From the NCBI RefSeq assembly GCF_006345805.1, contig NC_043000.1, positions 14,198,001-14,262,000 of the forward strand: DNA of 64,000 nt. Reading direction: 5' to 3'. Positions within the stretch are counted from its first letter, which is position 1; the number at the start of each line of letters is the position of its first letter. Under the pieces are notes generated by a model. That model was not told the DNA's origin and searched no databases. It was given only the letters and a program-made list of their open reading frames with translations. Both the position numbers and the translations under genes were made by a program. This document shows positions 63,512 through 64,000 of the stretch, piece after piece. Source of the stretch: Octopus sinensis. Lineage: Eukaryota.

Positions 63512-64000
63512 ATATTTTTCTGAGAAACCTTGTTTTATAAGCTTCACATGGCTCCCAATGAACTTCAGAAATGGAAAGCTGTGATTGGCTGCTTGGACTA
63601 TGGCGCGAAAATAAGTCGAGACATTTTGCACCAAGTTATAACCAGCGGTGCGAGCGTAGTAGAGACCAACGTGTCAGCCAATCGAATTAGTGTTTACATC
63701 AATGTTGAACCAGCCAAAGCTGTTTGTAATCTCGACCGAGGTCATTCTATATACTCTTCTCAAACAGTGAAGATAGCACTGAGAGACGATATTGCTACAA
63801 TAGTATTCTTCATATCTCTGAAATCGATAAAAAAAACTACCAGCAATATACTGTGGACAGATTAAATTACCTTAAGCACCACTCCTTCACAAACATATAA
63901 CTTTATGAATACTCAAAATTAATCAATGATGATGATGACGATGATGATTGTTATTGCACATAAATACACACACAAGCACTCACACATACGTACATACATA

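Noticed and set aside
63530-63865. 111-aa ORF
   Set aside because: No ATG start, no recognisable motif and no supporting gene structure.

Overview
Repeat-saturated animal genomic DNA. No host protein-coding gene can be supported, and almost every ORF in the track is a translated microsatellite or SINE. The tRNA-headed SINE families and very dense (TA)n/(TG)n/(TGTA)n tracts resemble an Octopus (cephalopod) genome; this is an inference from recall, not a database match. The window contains: (i) many copies of at least four SINE families, including dimers and nested insertions; (ii) decayed non-LTR retrotransposons (a near-complete Dong/R4-type RT+CCHC+RLE element, a second Dong/R4 3' end in (TAA)n, three RTE-clade pieces, a CR1/L2-type 3' end, and a Penelope RT fragment); (iii) DNA transposons (internally deleted mariner, Chapaev3-like transposase pseudogene, Merlin-like, MULE-like and hAT-like MITEs, and non-autonomous Helitrons); (iv) minisatellites born inside transposons; and (v) one 100-N assembly gap. 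The most unusual signal is a set of minimal hammerhead-ribozyme-like motifs of the Penelope pLTR/retrozyme type. They include a ~330 bp fold-back element carrying one hammerhead core on each strand between 11-bp target-site duplications (5221-5554).
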